Below, one piece after another: positions 11,906-23,606 of a stretch of DNA of 64,000 bases (its first letter is position 1; each line of letters starts with the position of its first letter). Source of the stretch: Vicugna vicugna (lineage: Eukaryota); NCBI GenBank assembly GCA_013265495.1, contig MU060970.1, forward strand, positions 11,485,063 through 11,549,062, given 5' to 3'. Below the pieces are notes generated by a model, which saw nothing but the letters and a program-made list of their open reading frames with translations, did no database searches and was not told where the DNA came from. Made by a program: the position numbers and the translations under genes.

Positions 11906-14539
11906 AAGCAAAGTCAGAGGCAGGCAGGCATGCTGAAGAGCACAGCTTCGACTCCAAGTCCAGTGCTCCTTTCCTTTGCCTTAGCCACCTCTCGATGACA
12001 ACAACCAACCTTCCTGGGGAAAGCAAGCTCTATAGGAAAAGTACTATTTTCAGCATTACTTATTAACCTATTATACACAGGGCACTGAGTGCAGTGGCCC
12101 AGAGAAGACTTCTGCCCCCTGGAATCTCAGTCTAAGAGGAGGTGGGTAACGGGGGCGCCAATATAACGGTCTTGAGAGAGGGGCAGATTGGGCTGGAGAA
12201 ATCTCAGCTGGCTTCCTGGAGGAGGAGATTTTTTAAATAAGCAGCATTTATTTTTAGATGGTAGTGGAGAAGGATGCTTATTGGCCTGGAAAGATGTTCA
12301 GGTTATATGAAAGAAGCAGTTTGCAGAACAGTTCACACAGTGTGATTCTTCTAAGTAAAAGCTGCATGTGCACATAAATGCCGAGGGCAGGAGTTAACAG
12401 GAAGGACATATCCCAAGATGCTAACCATGATTACATCTAAATTGCAGGATTAGAGGGGATTTTTCTTTTCCTCTATATACTGTTATGTAGTAAGCTTTCT
12501 ACAGTGAATATACATTAATTTTGTACTCGGAAAAGCACAGTATGTAAGAACTAAGGGGAAATTTTTTTGTTACATTTCATCAGCTGGTTGGGATGAACAG
12601 AAGAGGAAGAAGATGCAAAGCCCACAGCTGCCAAGACCTGAATGTTAGGAAACACTTCCACTCACTGGTCTCAGATCTCCACCAAGTCCAGGATAGCCAA
12701 GTGGGGGACAGAGCTGGGAACCATCCCAGATGCAGAGACTTAGGCTCAAGGAGGCCATGTGCCTTGGCCAAGGTCACAAGCTAGTCTGGGCTGAGCACAG
12801 AGGAGAGCCTAGGTGTCTTAGACCCCTCTCCTTCCCCACCCACTTCCAGCCAAGTCTAACTGGTACTAATTTAGACCAACACCTTCTCCCCCTCCCATCC
12901 TGCTCTCTGAATTTCCATACTGGACTACTCAGCAAGGCAAGGCCCTCTTACCAGTGGGGAAGGAACAGGGTTCTGAGGGGTGCAGTCCACACTGAGCACA
13001 GAAAAGGGGAGCTGAGGGCTTGGGTGGGAGGGAGGAGGGCAGGAGTGCTAGGAGCCAGGAGTAAGCTGGGAAGGGGTTTGGGCCCAGGTCTCCCTGGGAG
13101 GGAAGCCAGTGCAGCTAAGACTGGAGCTGAGGGGGGAGCACCTATTATACCTGGCGAGAGTTGGTGGGAGGATGATTGGGGTACAGGGGATGGAGGTGGG
13201 AGCCACAAGATAAGGTGGGAGTATGGGGGGGGGTGCTTATGGACTTGTAACATTTCAAATCATGAGGACATTATTTCAGCATTGTATGGCCCAGTACCTG
13301 TTCTCCAAAGATGCATGTGTGATAAGTGGGTGAACAGACAGACACAGTACTGCCCTCACACCAGAGTGGAGGAAAGACCAGAAGAACAACCTGGGGCCTT
13401 AGCCACTTGTCCCCTCTGAATGACAGGATGGAGAATGAAGGTTAGAGTCAAAATAAACCTGGACTCCAATTCCAGCTCAACTGCTTAGCACCAACTTGAC
13501 CCTGGGCAAGTGTTTAAGCAATCCAAGTCTCAGTTTTCTCATCAGTGAAATGGGAATAATTATACCTGTAGAATACAGTGTGAAAGGACCTCCTTAGAGC
13601 TGTGTATGAGGCATGTGTCCAAAGCACTCAGCACTATGCCCGGCTTCCAACATGTTTTTCCATCTATGAAATGGACACACAATTGGCACAGCTCCCACCT
13701 CACCCCCAATTCCCAGGTGTCTAGAGGGTCTATCAGTAGCTAGAATAAAAGGCCCTGAAAGTGAGTGGTGGGTGAGAATGGATTCAAACTGCTTCCATTG
13801 AATTATCTGCTTTGTGAAAATTCCTCCTGCCCCTTTGGGTCTCTGGTTAATCATATTAGCTCTCTGGGGCTTCTCTGCATATCCAGCCAGGTATGTGGCT
13901 CTCCCTTCAAGCTGCCTTTGAAGTCTGGGGCTCTTTGATGTGAGTGGGGGATGCAGCAGCATGGGATCCCTCCAGCCCTGAGGTCAAGGGCTAACAGGGT
14001 GCAGGGCTTGGGGGATTTGGGGTTACAAGTCCCCCCCACCCCCTACCTTGCCTGAGTTACTCCAAATTTAGGCTTTGGAGTCAGACTGCCTGGGTCTGAA
14101 TCCCAGCACTGCTATTAATTAAGTGCATGGCCTTGGGCAAGTCACCCAGCTTCTCTGAGCTTCAGACCCCTTATCTGTAGAAAGAAGCCAACAGAGGCAT
14201 CTATCCTGTGGGTTTGTGGAAAGATGGAAGAGAGAGAAAAAAAGAGAGAGAGAAAGAGAGATGATGCTGTTTTCAACTTCACCTACTAAGACTCTCTGGA
14301 AGGGCAAGGACTCCTGGGTCCCACTCCAGGCCTACTGAGCCCATAGACCTATGAAACTTTGGTGTCCTCAAAGTTTAGTGCACTCTTAAGCTTTAGCAGA
14401 AGTATATTCTATTAAGTATACTTCTATTTCAGAAGTATAAATGCTATAAACTTACAAAGAACACAAAGTTTAAGTATCTAAGTTTCTTTTATGCTTATTT
14501 AAGTTTTATGGACTTTGAATAATTTTATATTTTAAGTTT

Positions 14540-14990
14540 ATTAGATTTATATTCATTTTATAACTGACACACAACAACTGCAAATATTTAAAGCATGCAT
14601 TTTGGTAAGCTTTGACGCATATATCCAACCACCACTACAATCAAGATAAAGAACATATTTATCACCCCCAAAACTTTCCTTGTGTCCCCTGGTAATTCCT
14701 CCCTCTCCCCTCTCCTCCTAGGCAACCACTGATCCACAATCTGCAACTGATCTGCTTGTCTGCAAACATTGGTTTGCATTTTCTAGAACTGTATGTAATT
14801 GGAATCAAACAGCATATACTGTCTTTTGTCTTTAACTCAGCATCATTCTTTTGTAATTTATCGTTGTGTGTATCAATAGTTCATTCTTTTTTATCTTCAA
14901 GTAGTATTCCAACATACAGCTATGCACCAGTATTTGTTTATCAAGTTACCCACTGATGGACATTTGGGCTGTTTTGAATTTTGAATAATG
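14540..14990 (-). mobile_element. L1M 3' region
   Basis: CCACCACTACAATCAAGATAAAGAACAT..GGCAACCACTGATC..GATGGACATTTGGGCTGTTT. Confidence 0.8.
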
Positions 14991-15222
14991 AAATTTTAAG
15001 TTTAATGTTTTTTGAAGACAGCAAATGTTTACTGAAACAAAAAATTTAATTAAAAATGTCTTATTAAAAATTCACAAAACTAAATAAATATACAAGAAAT
15101 TTAAATAAACTCTCAAGGGTGGTTTTTGTAAGTTTCTATCATTTATACTTTTGAGATTATAAAGCTTAAAAGAGCACTAAAAATAGTACACTATGACATT
15201 TGGGACTCTCTTTAAAAAAAAA

Positions 15223-15308
15223 TTTTTTTTAATGGAGGTACTGGAGATTTAACCCAGGACCTTGTGCATGCTAAGCATGCACTCTACCACTGAGATATTA
15301 CCCCACCC
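15223..15308 (-). mobile_element. tRNA-derived SINE, vic-1-like (short)
   Basis: AATGGAGGTACTGGAGATTTAACCCAGGACCTTGTGCATGCTAAGCATGCACTCTACCACTGAG, homologous to the other copies. Confidence 0.85.
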
Positions 15309-16611
15309 ACCCCAGACTCCCTTTATTTTTAATAAGTGACCCAGGAGGATATTACGGTCAAGCAATTTTGGGAGACACTAAGGACATCAGTCTCTTGGCA
15401 CAGTCAGTGCCTGGCCCACAGTAAGCACTCCCCAAGCACTCTTTCCTCCCACAGTAAGCACTCCCTGAGGTGTTTGTTCTTGGTTGTGATTCTTTTCCTT
15501 GTCCTCTACACATAAACACACACACACAGGCACAGAGCCTTCTCCCAGCCCCAGACTCAGCTGGGTCATCAAACTCCAGCTCAACTCCAGTACCAGGGAC
15601 TCTCCGTGGAAGGGAAATGGGAGGTGGGAAGCCAGAGGCAGGGGTGGCTGGCTGCACTGTGGGAATCTCCGAGGAGCTGCTGGGGTGGGAGGAGAGGGAT
15701 CCTCCTGGTGGTCTCTCTGTTTGTTTCCCAGGGCAGGCTGAGCCTTCACCTCCTGACCCTGTGGGAAGCACAAGTCGGGCCTGGGCTCCACGCAGGAGGG
15801 GCTGAGGAGGAGAGGCTGGCCACGGGAGCTGGAGGGAGCAGGGGATTCAGAGTCAGACAGGCCTGGCCCCTACCAGCTCTACCACCTCGGGCCAGTCCCT
15901 CTCTCCCAGGGTGAGACCAGCCCCACCCAGGTCACAAAGCTCCTTCAAGGACCAGGGGAGAGGATGGAGGGGAGAGGGCGGCATGAGCAATGCACAGAGA
16001 AGGTGCAATAACTTGAATCATGTTCATCAAGAGCCACAAGAGTCAAGAAGGTGTTCTCCTCCTGGTGTCAAGACATCCACATACCAAAGCAGGTGTCCTG
16101 AACTCTTATTGAACACCTACTGTGTACTCCACATGTGCTCAGGAAAGCGAAGTGAAGAACTCAAAACCAGAGGAAGCCAGTGACCTGAGGGGCTCACGTC
16201 CTTTTGGTGACCACTGGATCAAGCAGGGACTCCCCTATCCTCACCTTCTTACTTCTGTGTCCCCCAGTCCAGGGACTGGATTAAATGTATTTACTCAATA
16301 AATATGTACTGAGTACTTGTATCAAGAACTGTGCTAAGCACTGGGGGGTTCACTGTACAGACAGGAATCTGGGTGACAGCCCAGTGTTGGGGGAGGGGAA
16401 CAGACAAAAAATAAACAAACTGTACCAAACCAAACAAGTTAATGCCAACCATAGAAGCGCTGTGGAGGAAATGAGCAGCGTGATGTGCGAGTGCAGCAGG
16501 TCAGCTCAAACGGGGTAAATGGGGAAAGACCTCTCTGTGTAAGGGAGGTAATAAATGACTATGTTCGGACATGGTAGTATTAGGTCTGGCTTCTGAAATC
16601 AGACTGACTTG

Positions 16612-16765
16612 GCGGGGGGGAGGGTATAGCTCAGTGGTAGAGTACATGCCTAGCATGCACGAGGTCCTGGGTTCAAGCCCCAGCAACTCCATTAAATAAA
16701 TAGATGAATAAACCTAATTACTTCCCCACAAAAAAGATTAATTAAAAAAATAAATTAAAAAAAAA
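16612..16765 (+). mobile_element. Full-length tRNA-derived SINE, vic-1-like, with TSD
   Basis: A box TAGCTCAGTGG (16627-16637), B box GGTTCAAGCCC (16670-16680), A-rich tail. TSD AGACTGACTTG (16601-16611) vs AGAATGACTTG (16766-16776). Confidence 0.9.
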
Positions 16766-19194
16766 AGAATGACTTGAGGTCCATTCCAGCTAACCCATTT
16801 GCAAGGCATTCCACCTTGGGCAAGGTGCTTAACCTTTCTGAGCCTCAGTTTCCACACCTGTAAAATGAGAGTAAATATCCAGTCTGCTTCACATGAGTGA
16901 TAAGAAGGGTAAATTAGATAATTCAAGCACATTATGGTCAGTACTTATTAAAGAATAGATTATTTCTATCTTCTCCAGTCTGGGCCACGCACCTGCAACC
17001 CATGGCTTAGTCTCTGTGGAGAAGGAGAACAGGGTGGGTTGCTCCCATGTCTGCATTTCCAAACTACTTCCGGAGTGTCCTTCTCTCATCCAACATACAG
17101 CAGGCGTCTCAAACTCATTTTTCTTTAGAGCCAGGCACACGGTGCAGTAAGTCACAGAGTGGTGGTGACTGTGGCCCTCTTTAGACAACAGACCCTGCCT
17201 AAAGGAAACAGCTCCTAGTCAGCTGAAAGGAACGCTTGGCGTGTTAAAATAAGGGCCTAGACATTTTCATTTCTAAAATGATGAAAACAAATGATTTTGT
17301 CCAAAATCTTAAGAATTTTCTGCATTGGTGATTTAAATAAAAACCTTTGAAAACATTGTCGGTAGCAGATAAAACACTGCAGATTAGCCAAGGCGGGCTG
17401 TAGGCAGCTTTGCAAGCTCCTTTCTCGGAGGCCAGGCCCTTTGCTAAGCACTGCAGAATCCAGAGCGAGCTGGCAGCAGGCTCCTGGTGGGAAACTCCGG
17501 GAGCTCCAGGAACCAGAGCCTGAACGGGGATTGGGGTGGGGACCACGTGAGGAAGGCTTTGTGGCAGAGGAGACCCTTGAGCTGGATTCTGTGGGATAAA
17601 TAGGTGTGTTTTGTGTGAATAAAGAGGAAGTAAAATCATCCTGGGCAGAGGAAGAACAGCTTTGAACTTTGGGGAAGACTGGGTGTTTCCATGGGGCCAG
17701 AGTACACTTGGGGTACAAGGGGATTGTAGGGGAGGGCTGAGGTCTCTATGTCCAGGTCACAGAGAGCCACATGTGCCCAGCAGAGGCACCTCGAAGGTCC
17801 CTCTCAGCTCTGGGTGTCAGCCTCCAAGATAAGCAGTGTGGGGTACAGAAAGGGGGACAAGTACTGCAGATGGAAGCCGGAAGCCTGTGCTTAGTCCCGC
17901 TTCTTCAATTTACGGGATTGCACCCATTCACTTAGGCTGAGGTTGAAGCAAGCAACTGGCGGTTATGAACCAGGGGCTGAGGCTTCAGAGAGTCAGGAGT
18001 CTGCCTCCAGAGAGCTCACTGTCTGATAGTGGCTACTTGCGAGAGCTGACAACTGCTCCATGATGCTCTGCTTAGAAGAGGACTCTGCCAAATTGCTAGG
18101 GAGCTAGTGACAGGTTTGTAGAGGAGGTGATGTTTAAGCTGTGTCTGGATAGGTGAGAATGAGTTTGCCAGGGGGATAAAGTGGAAACAGCAGGGAGCTG
18201 CAGGCAGAAGGAGCATGTGGAAGGCAGAGGTGTGTTGGGAACCTGCTTCAGGAATACAGGACTTCATTCAATCACTTGACAAATCCCTACTGAGTTCCTG
18301 TGTGCCAAGAGCTGTGCTGGGCACCGGGAGGAACACGATACAGCAGATGCTCTCTATCTTCATAATAATCATATGATTTCATTCCTCTGTACCTCAGTTT
18401 CCCATCTCTGAAATGTCCTACAGACCTCACAGAACTTCAGTGAGGAGTGAGTAAGATGATGTAGGCTTATGCAGACGAACATATATGTTATGGCATCCAG
18501 CCTCAGTCTAGCAAGTAGGAAATGCTCATTAAATATGTGCAGAACTGAAATGCCTTCCTGCCTTGACTTCCTGAGTATCTAGCACTTGCAGGTAGCCTGC
18601 TTTAAACTCCTAGATAAGCAGGTTTGTTCCATGAGTGAATAAACAAATGACCAATTGCTACTTTACACACATTTACTGCTTACAGCATTCCTGTCAAGTT
18701 GACACTATTTTTTATCTCCACTTTACAGCTGAGGAAGCAAATGCCTCAAGATGGTTAAGTGACTGATCTCATCGGCCCAGGTAGTGATAGAGAAAGATCA
18801 GATTCTGCCTCCTGGTGGCCTGACCTCAGAGCCCCCGCACTTAACCAACAGATCGCTGCTCATGTAGAGGAAGGGTCCAAACATTTGAGAACTTTGAGGG
18901 ACTTTGCTCCCCACCCTCCAGCTGGGGTGGCCCTGAAAGGTTATCTCCCAGGTCAGGTAATCTGTCGGTCAGTCTGTCTGGGGCAGGGGAAGCAAGAAGG
19001 TGTCATTTCCCTCCTGGGAAGAAGACACTTCTGGTCCTTCTTGCCGGAAAGAGATCCTGGATGAACAAATACCTTTTAATAATGAGAAGAATGACTGTGA
19101 GCCTCTGTTCTGAAGGGTGCCTCAGCTGGAGAAAGTTCAGTGATGAATGGGCTTTGACAGAGCCACTCTTGCAGGTCAGAGAGAAGTTCCAGGT

Positions 19195-19245
19195 CCCCAC
19201 AAGACTCTGGGCCAATACACATCAGAAATGAGCTCTGTCTGCAGC
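19195..19245. promoter_or_regulatory. Candidate AIE/LSE-like FOXH1-SMAD module
   Basis: AATACACA (19214-19221) flanked by AGAC (19202-19205) and GTCT (19237-19240), at -2.7 kb. Confidence 0.35.
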
Positions 19246-19979
19246 TCCTGGACCCTGGGAAAGGCAAGACTTTATATGAGAGGTTTCTTTTTTTTTTAGT
19301 CTTAGTACAAGGCCTATGTCCACTCTCTCATCTACAGGGAAGCGACAGGGCTAAAAGCATGGATTTGGGTAAAGAGCAGAGCTGCCCTTCACATACTGGC
19401 TGTTTTCACTTGCAAATGTGTGGCCTTGAGCAAGTTACCTGCTTCCCTCTGAGCCTCTGTTTTCTCATCCCTGAAGTGGGAATGACAATAAAATCAATGC
19501 AACGATTACCAGAATGCCTACTGCATTAGGTGCTCAATAAATGTTAGCTATTATTATTATCATTCATTTTAACTGAAATTTTTATTGAGCACCTACTCTA
19601 TGCCATATAGTGTGAGGGACACAGGGTAAATAAAGCTTTATCCTTAATTTCAAGAACCTTCTGGTCCAGAATGGGAAGTAGGTCTATGATCTATTTTGTT
19701 CCTTCCACAGTCTTGGTGGATGACTGCTGTGTGCTGCACATCCCCGTTTAAATAGGGACTATCTGGCTTTGAGGACACATGGGGATTGGGAGATCTGGGT
19801 TTTGGGGAGGCTGATTCCTGTACATCTGTCTAACCACAATCTCTCACTGCTTTTTATTTATATACTCATAACCTGGGTGAGGGTGCCTTCTGACTCTGAG
19901 GAGGGGGTCTGATACAGAGAGCTGAGGCTGACAATCCCGTTTGAAAGTTCCCAGACTGAGGAAGTCAGATGACAACCAT

Positions 19980-20135
19980 GGAGCACCCATAATAATATCC
20001 ACGTGCAAAAGGCTTTACAAAAACACCAGGTTTTCAGAGCTTGCAAAGCCTTTTAGCACTCATTTAATTTAATCTGCATGGAAGGAGGTATCTCCAGTCG
20101 GGGTTTACAATGAGAAAACCCAATGCAGAGAGGTG
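19980..20135. promoter_or_regulatory. Candidate HBE-like pluripotency element
   Basis: At -1.8 kb. Octamer variant ATGCAGAT on - (20072-20079), SOX ACAATG (20107-20112), E-box CACGTG (20000-20005). Not arranged as a canonical SOX-OCT composite. Confidence 0.3.
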
Positions 20136-20164
20136 GGTTCCAAACTGCAACTAGACCCTAGCCC

Positions 20165-20340
20165 ACCCAGGTTCTCCAAGTTGTCTGATAAGAATCATGG
20201 GGATGAGGATGCTTCGTCAAATATGTAGATTACCAAGCTCTCTCTCCAAGTTCTGATTCTGAAGGCCTGGAGTGGGGACTCAGGAATCAGCAATTTTACA
20301 CGCACCCCAGTTGATACCTATGTTTAGACAAGTCTGGACA
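20165..20340. mobile_element. MER5-type hAT DNA transposon relic
   Basis: TTCTGATTCTGAAGGCCTGGAGTGGGGACTCAGGAATCAGCAATTTTACAC..CCCCAG, the MER5 core. Confidence 0.6.
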
Positions 20341-21796
20341 CAGTGCCATTCACTGATTAATTCACTCAGCTAAGATTCTTTGGGTCCCAACCATAAAACG
20401 TACTGTAGGAGCACGATGAGCAAGACAGTCCCCAGCTTTAAAAGTAACTAACAGTCGTCCGGTTGAGCAGATCGTCCCGGTCCCCTGGTCAGCACAGATT
20501 TACAACCCACGTCTCTCCCAGGTGAGGTCCCTTTCTGCTGGCTGGGCTGGCTTCCACCCGGACATAGGTTTGGAGCTCCTGGCTGAGCCTGCTGGGCCTC
20601 CTTCCACTGTCTAACAGCTGCTCAGGGCTGAGCTTGTGGTTCTCTGGAGCTGGAGACATCCTGTGAAAGAAGACTAGGTGTGCCTGGCACATGGTGTTTC
20701 AGTAAATGCTGGCCAGCTGCTACTGTGCTTGTTAAGGCTAGGGAAGGACAAGAGAGGGGGTGGGGTGGGTGGGGGTAGAAAGAGCCCTCTTGTGTTGCAG
20801 AAAACTGTTGGGGCTTGACAAGGGGGCAGGGATTTACATTTCTTTAAAGGTAATTCCAGCTTTGACCTGACTTTGCACCTGAAGGGAGGCCAAATTAGGA
20901 TCACTCCTATGTAGGTGAGGAAAGCAGGGCCCAGAGAGAGGACAGTGAGAGGTCCTGAGCTGAAACCCAGGTCTCCAGGGCAACTGCCAGGGCAAGCAGG
21001 GACTGCAGGACATGGACAACACGGGCAACACCTTCCTCCTGAAATCCCGGGGATGATGTGCACCTGTGAAGGAAGACACTGATGCCACCAAATGCGCTCT
21101 ACTTGTGAGAGGACCACCAGACTCTGGGCTCCACCTTCTCTAATGGAGAAGTCCATCCTCCATCCCCGTCACACACGCCCTCAGTCTTCTCCAGGAGAGC
21201 CCTTCGATATATGAAGCAGGTCCTCGTGGACCTTCCTCTGGCGCTCACCTTCTTTGTTATAGCAACTCACAGTACTTTTTCCGAGACGGGCCCTCCAGAC
21301 AGGCGCTGTCAGATAAGGTTAGGGGTGCTCCCAGAGGCCATCTGGATAGTGTCTTGCAAGGCTGCACAGGGCGAGGCTGGGCTGAAGCATCCCAGGCCCG
21401 TGTGGGGCTGCATCCTGCCTGAGAGCGACGAGGATCCACAGCCTCCATTGCCTACCTGCTTCTGGTTGAACCAGACATCCATCTGGAACCTGGAGGAAGC
21501 GTAAAGGGGCAGGGATCCCAGGAGGGGCAGAGGGAGGAAGCCATAATGCTGACCTAGGAGTTTGCTGGCGACAAGCCTGCTGTGTCTCAGAAAAAAGCCT
21601 TTCGTACTTGGAGTAGCAGAGTGCCAGCGTGCGCAGACCGGGCAAACCAGACGATCCCCGGACCTAACAACTCCTCCAGCTTGGCGGGTCCCCTCCCTAC
21701 CAGGCTCTGGTCTCACCCGGCCCCAGCATGTGGCCCCTGGGGGGGTCACCCCTGGGGACGGAGAAGGGTAGTTATGAGATGTTAAAGCTTCCCCCT

Positions 21797-21880
21797 GGGA
21801 GGGAGGGCAGGGGCGGGGCGGCTGCGAAGGCTCAGGATATAAGGGGGCGGAGGCGCCGCTTCAGGCCCAGCTAGCGCACC
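21797..21880 (+). promoter_or_regulatory. NODAL core promoter (GC boxes, TATA-like GATATAA at 21836-21842)
   Basis: GGGGCGGGGCGG boxes followed by GATATAAG about 40 nt upstream of the ATG. Confidence 0.8.
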
Positions 21881-22076
21881 ATGCACGCCCACCGCCTGCC
21901 GCTGTTCCTCCTGTACGCCTGGGGGGCTCTCCTCCAGGCAGGTGCCACGACAGTGGCCCCAGTGCCCCTACGCACGTTGGGGCAGCCCTCGTCGCCGTCC
22001 CCTCTCGCGTATATGCTGAGCCTGTACCGCGAGCCGCAGCCCCGGGCGGACATCATCCGCAGCCTGCAGGCTCAAG
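21881..22076 (+). CDS. NODAL: NODAL exon 1 (signal peptide and start of prodomain)
   Basis: ATG at 21881 (gcaccATG). Translates [21 protein letters not shown]...[25 protein letters not shown], matching mammalian NODAL. Donor AAG|GTAGGC after 22076, phase 1. Confidence 0.98.
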
Positions 22077-22939
22077 GTAGGCTGCCCCGCCCCGCCAGGC
22101 ATCCAGGGGCGCCTTGGGCGCTCCGGCCCCTGGACTCCGGAAGGGCGCCGGTGCGGCGGGGGCTGCGGCTCCGTGCCGGGGACGCCGCCGTTGAGGACGT
22201 AGCCGCGCGCTCCGAGGGCACGTCGAGGGGCTGGGTCTGCGGGTATCTCGGTCTGCATATTAGCTCGGGGCGCAGTGTTGGTGGGTGGAGGGGGTTCTGT
22301 CGTCCCGGGTGTGTGCTGGACCTAGACCTCTGCGTTCTGGTCTTGTTTAGGGTGAGTAGAGCGCAGGATTATAGGGTGGAAGCCTGATTATGCCGCTTCT
22401 TTATCTGTGAGGTTTTGTTAAACTACTGTTAATATCCGGGCGCCTCGGTTTGCGCATCTGTAGCATGGGGATAGTAGTACCTCCCTTATAGAACTGGCGA
22501 GAGCTAGGGACAAGGCACATAAAACGCTCAGCACAAAACCAGGCACAGTAATATTATCGCTACAATTACAATTATTTTGTCGATTTTATTTTTTCCTTTT
22601 CGCTAGTGAGGGTGAATGGACCCAGGGTCTGGCTTTGGGAGTGTCTCAGGCTGAGAGTGAGCTTCAAAACTGGGTATCAAGCATGCAACATCGGGAATTA
22701 AGGTTCAGAGATCCGGGATTAGAGATGGGGTGCCCCGAAAAAGAGAATGAGACAGGCTTGGGTCATCGATCCCAGGCTGAGGAAATGTCAGTGTCCTGGG
22801 TGACACTGTGTCGGGGCCTAGATTTGGAGAGAGTGGGGTCACTCCCATCGTGACCTTGGAAAGATCGCCTATGAGGATGGGACAGGGCGTCCTGGGGCGC
22901 AGGTAGATGTTGAGAAGTGGGAGCCCTTCTCATGGGGCT

Positions 22940-23070
22940 CCTCTGCCCCGCACAATCCACATCCTGACGTCCGGGGTAGCCCCTGCTTCCCTGCGCCTCC
23001 TTCTGCCTACCAGGGCCAGACGGCTCTCCCCGGGGCTCGGGCGAAATACACATTCCATAATCTGATTTGA
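22940..23070. promoter_or_regulatory. Candidate NODAL asymmetric enhancer (ASE) core
   Basis: Two FOXH1 consensus sites, AATCCACA (22954-22961) and AATACACA (23045-23052), 91 bp apart in intron 1, with a CCAGAC SMAD box between them. Matches the known ASE architecture of paired FoxH1 sites in intron 1. Confidence 0.75.
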
Positions 23071-23606
23071 CTGCCCACCCGCCAGCCCCTTGTGATCTGG
23101 GGTGGGGGCTCCTGGCTCCCTGGCCTGCCGCGTCTGGGGTCACAGGGCCGGTGACCCTCTCAGGAACGGTCATCTGGGGACTAGCTAGACTAGGGACACG
23201 GGGTGGGGGCTGGGGGGAGGGCGGAGCTATTTGAAAATTGCTGGAGAGCTCGGCCGTCCGCCAAAAACCAGAAGGTTGGGGGTGGGGGCTAGCTGGCTGA
23301 GCAAAGAGGGGGAGGCGCATTTTTTCCGGTTCACTCCCTCCTTCTGGAGGAACTCTGTGGCGATTCAACAGTCTCTGGGAGTCTGGAAAACTGAATTCTG
23401 GTTCCTCAAACCCTGCTTTCCAATGAATTCCCCGTGTATCCTAGAGTGTCAGTTGATGTCTCTAAAATTCTCTTGTGAAATAAAGGGCCTGGCTTTCTGC
23501 CTCATTTGTGTGTGTGGCATAATACACACAAAAAGGGTGAAATGGCAGATTTTGTTATGTGCACAGTGACATTAAGTACATTCATATTGTTTGTTTTGTG
23601 TGTGTG

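Larger units (their letters stand above)
21560..22450. promoter_or_regulatory. CpG island over NODAL promoter, exon 1 and 5' intron 1
   Basis: Visibly GC- and CpG-dense compared with flanks. Boundaries approximate. Confidence 0.8.

Noticed and set aside
11440-12066. 208-aa and overlapping ORFs in the upstream CpG island
   Set aside because: Low-complexity Ala/Arg/Gly/Pro shadow ORFs from high GC content; non-ATG starts; no recognisable domain.
12730-13419. 229-aa ORF
   Set aside because: G-rich low-complexity sequence with no recognised homology, plausible splice context or codon signature.
15415-15465. 18-bp direct repeat CCCACAGTAAGCACTCCC x2
   Set aside because: Derives from a MIR/L2 tail motif; looks like a local slippage duplication.
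16612-16690. tRNA-like sequence
   Set aside because: Has an A-rich tail, a TSD and three diverged homologs in the window, so it is a SINE head rather than a tRNA gene.
21881-22387. 168-aa ORF starting at the NODAL ATG
   Set aside because: Exon 1 read through into GC-rich intron 1; the true donor is at 22076/22077.
22763-23368. 201-aa antisense ORF over the ASE
   Set aside because: GC-rich enhancer sequence; Pro/Gly/Ser-biased; no support.
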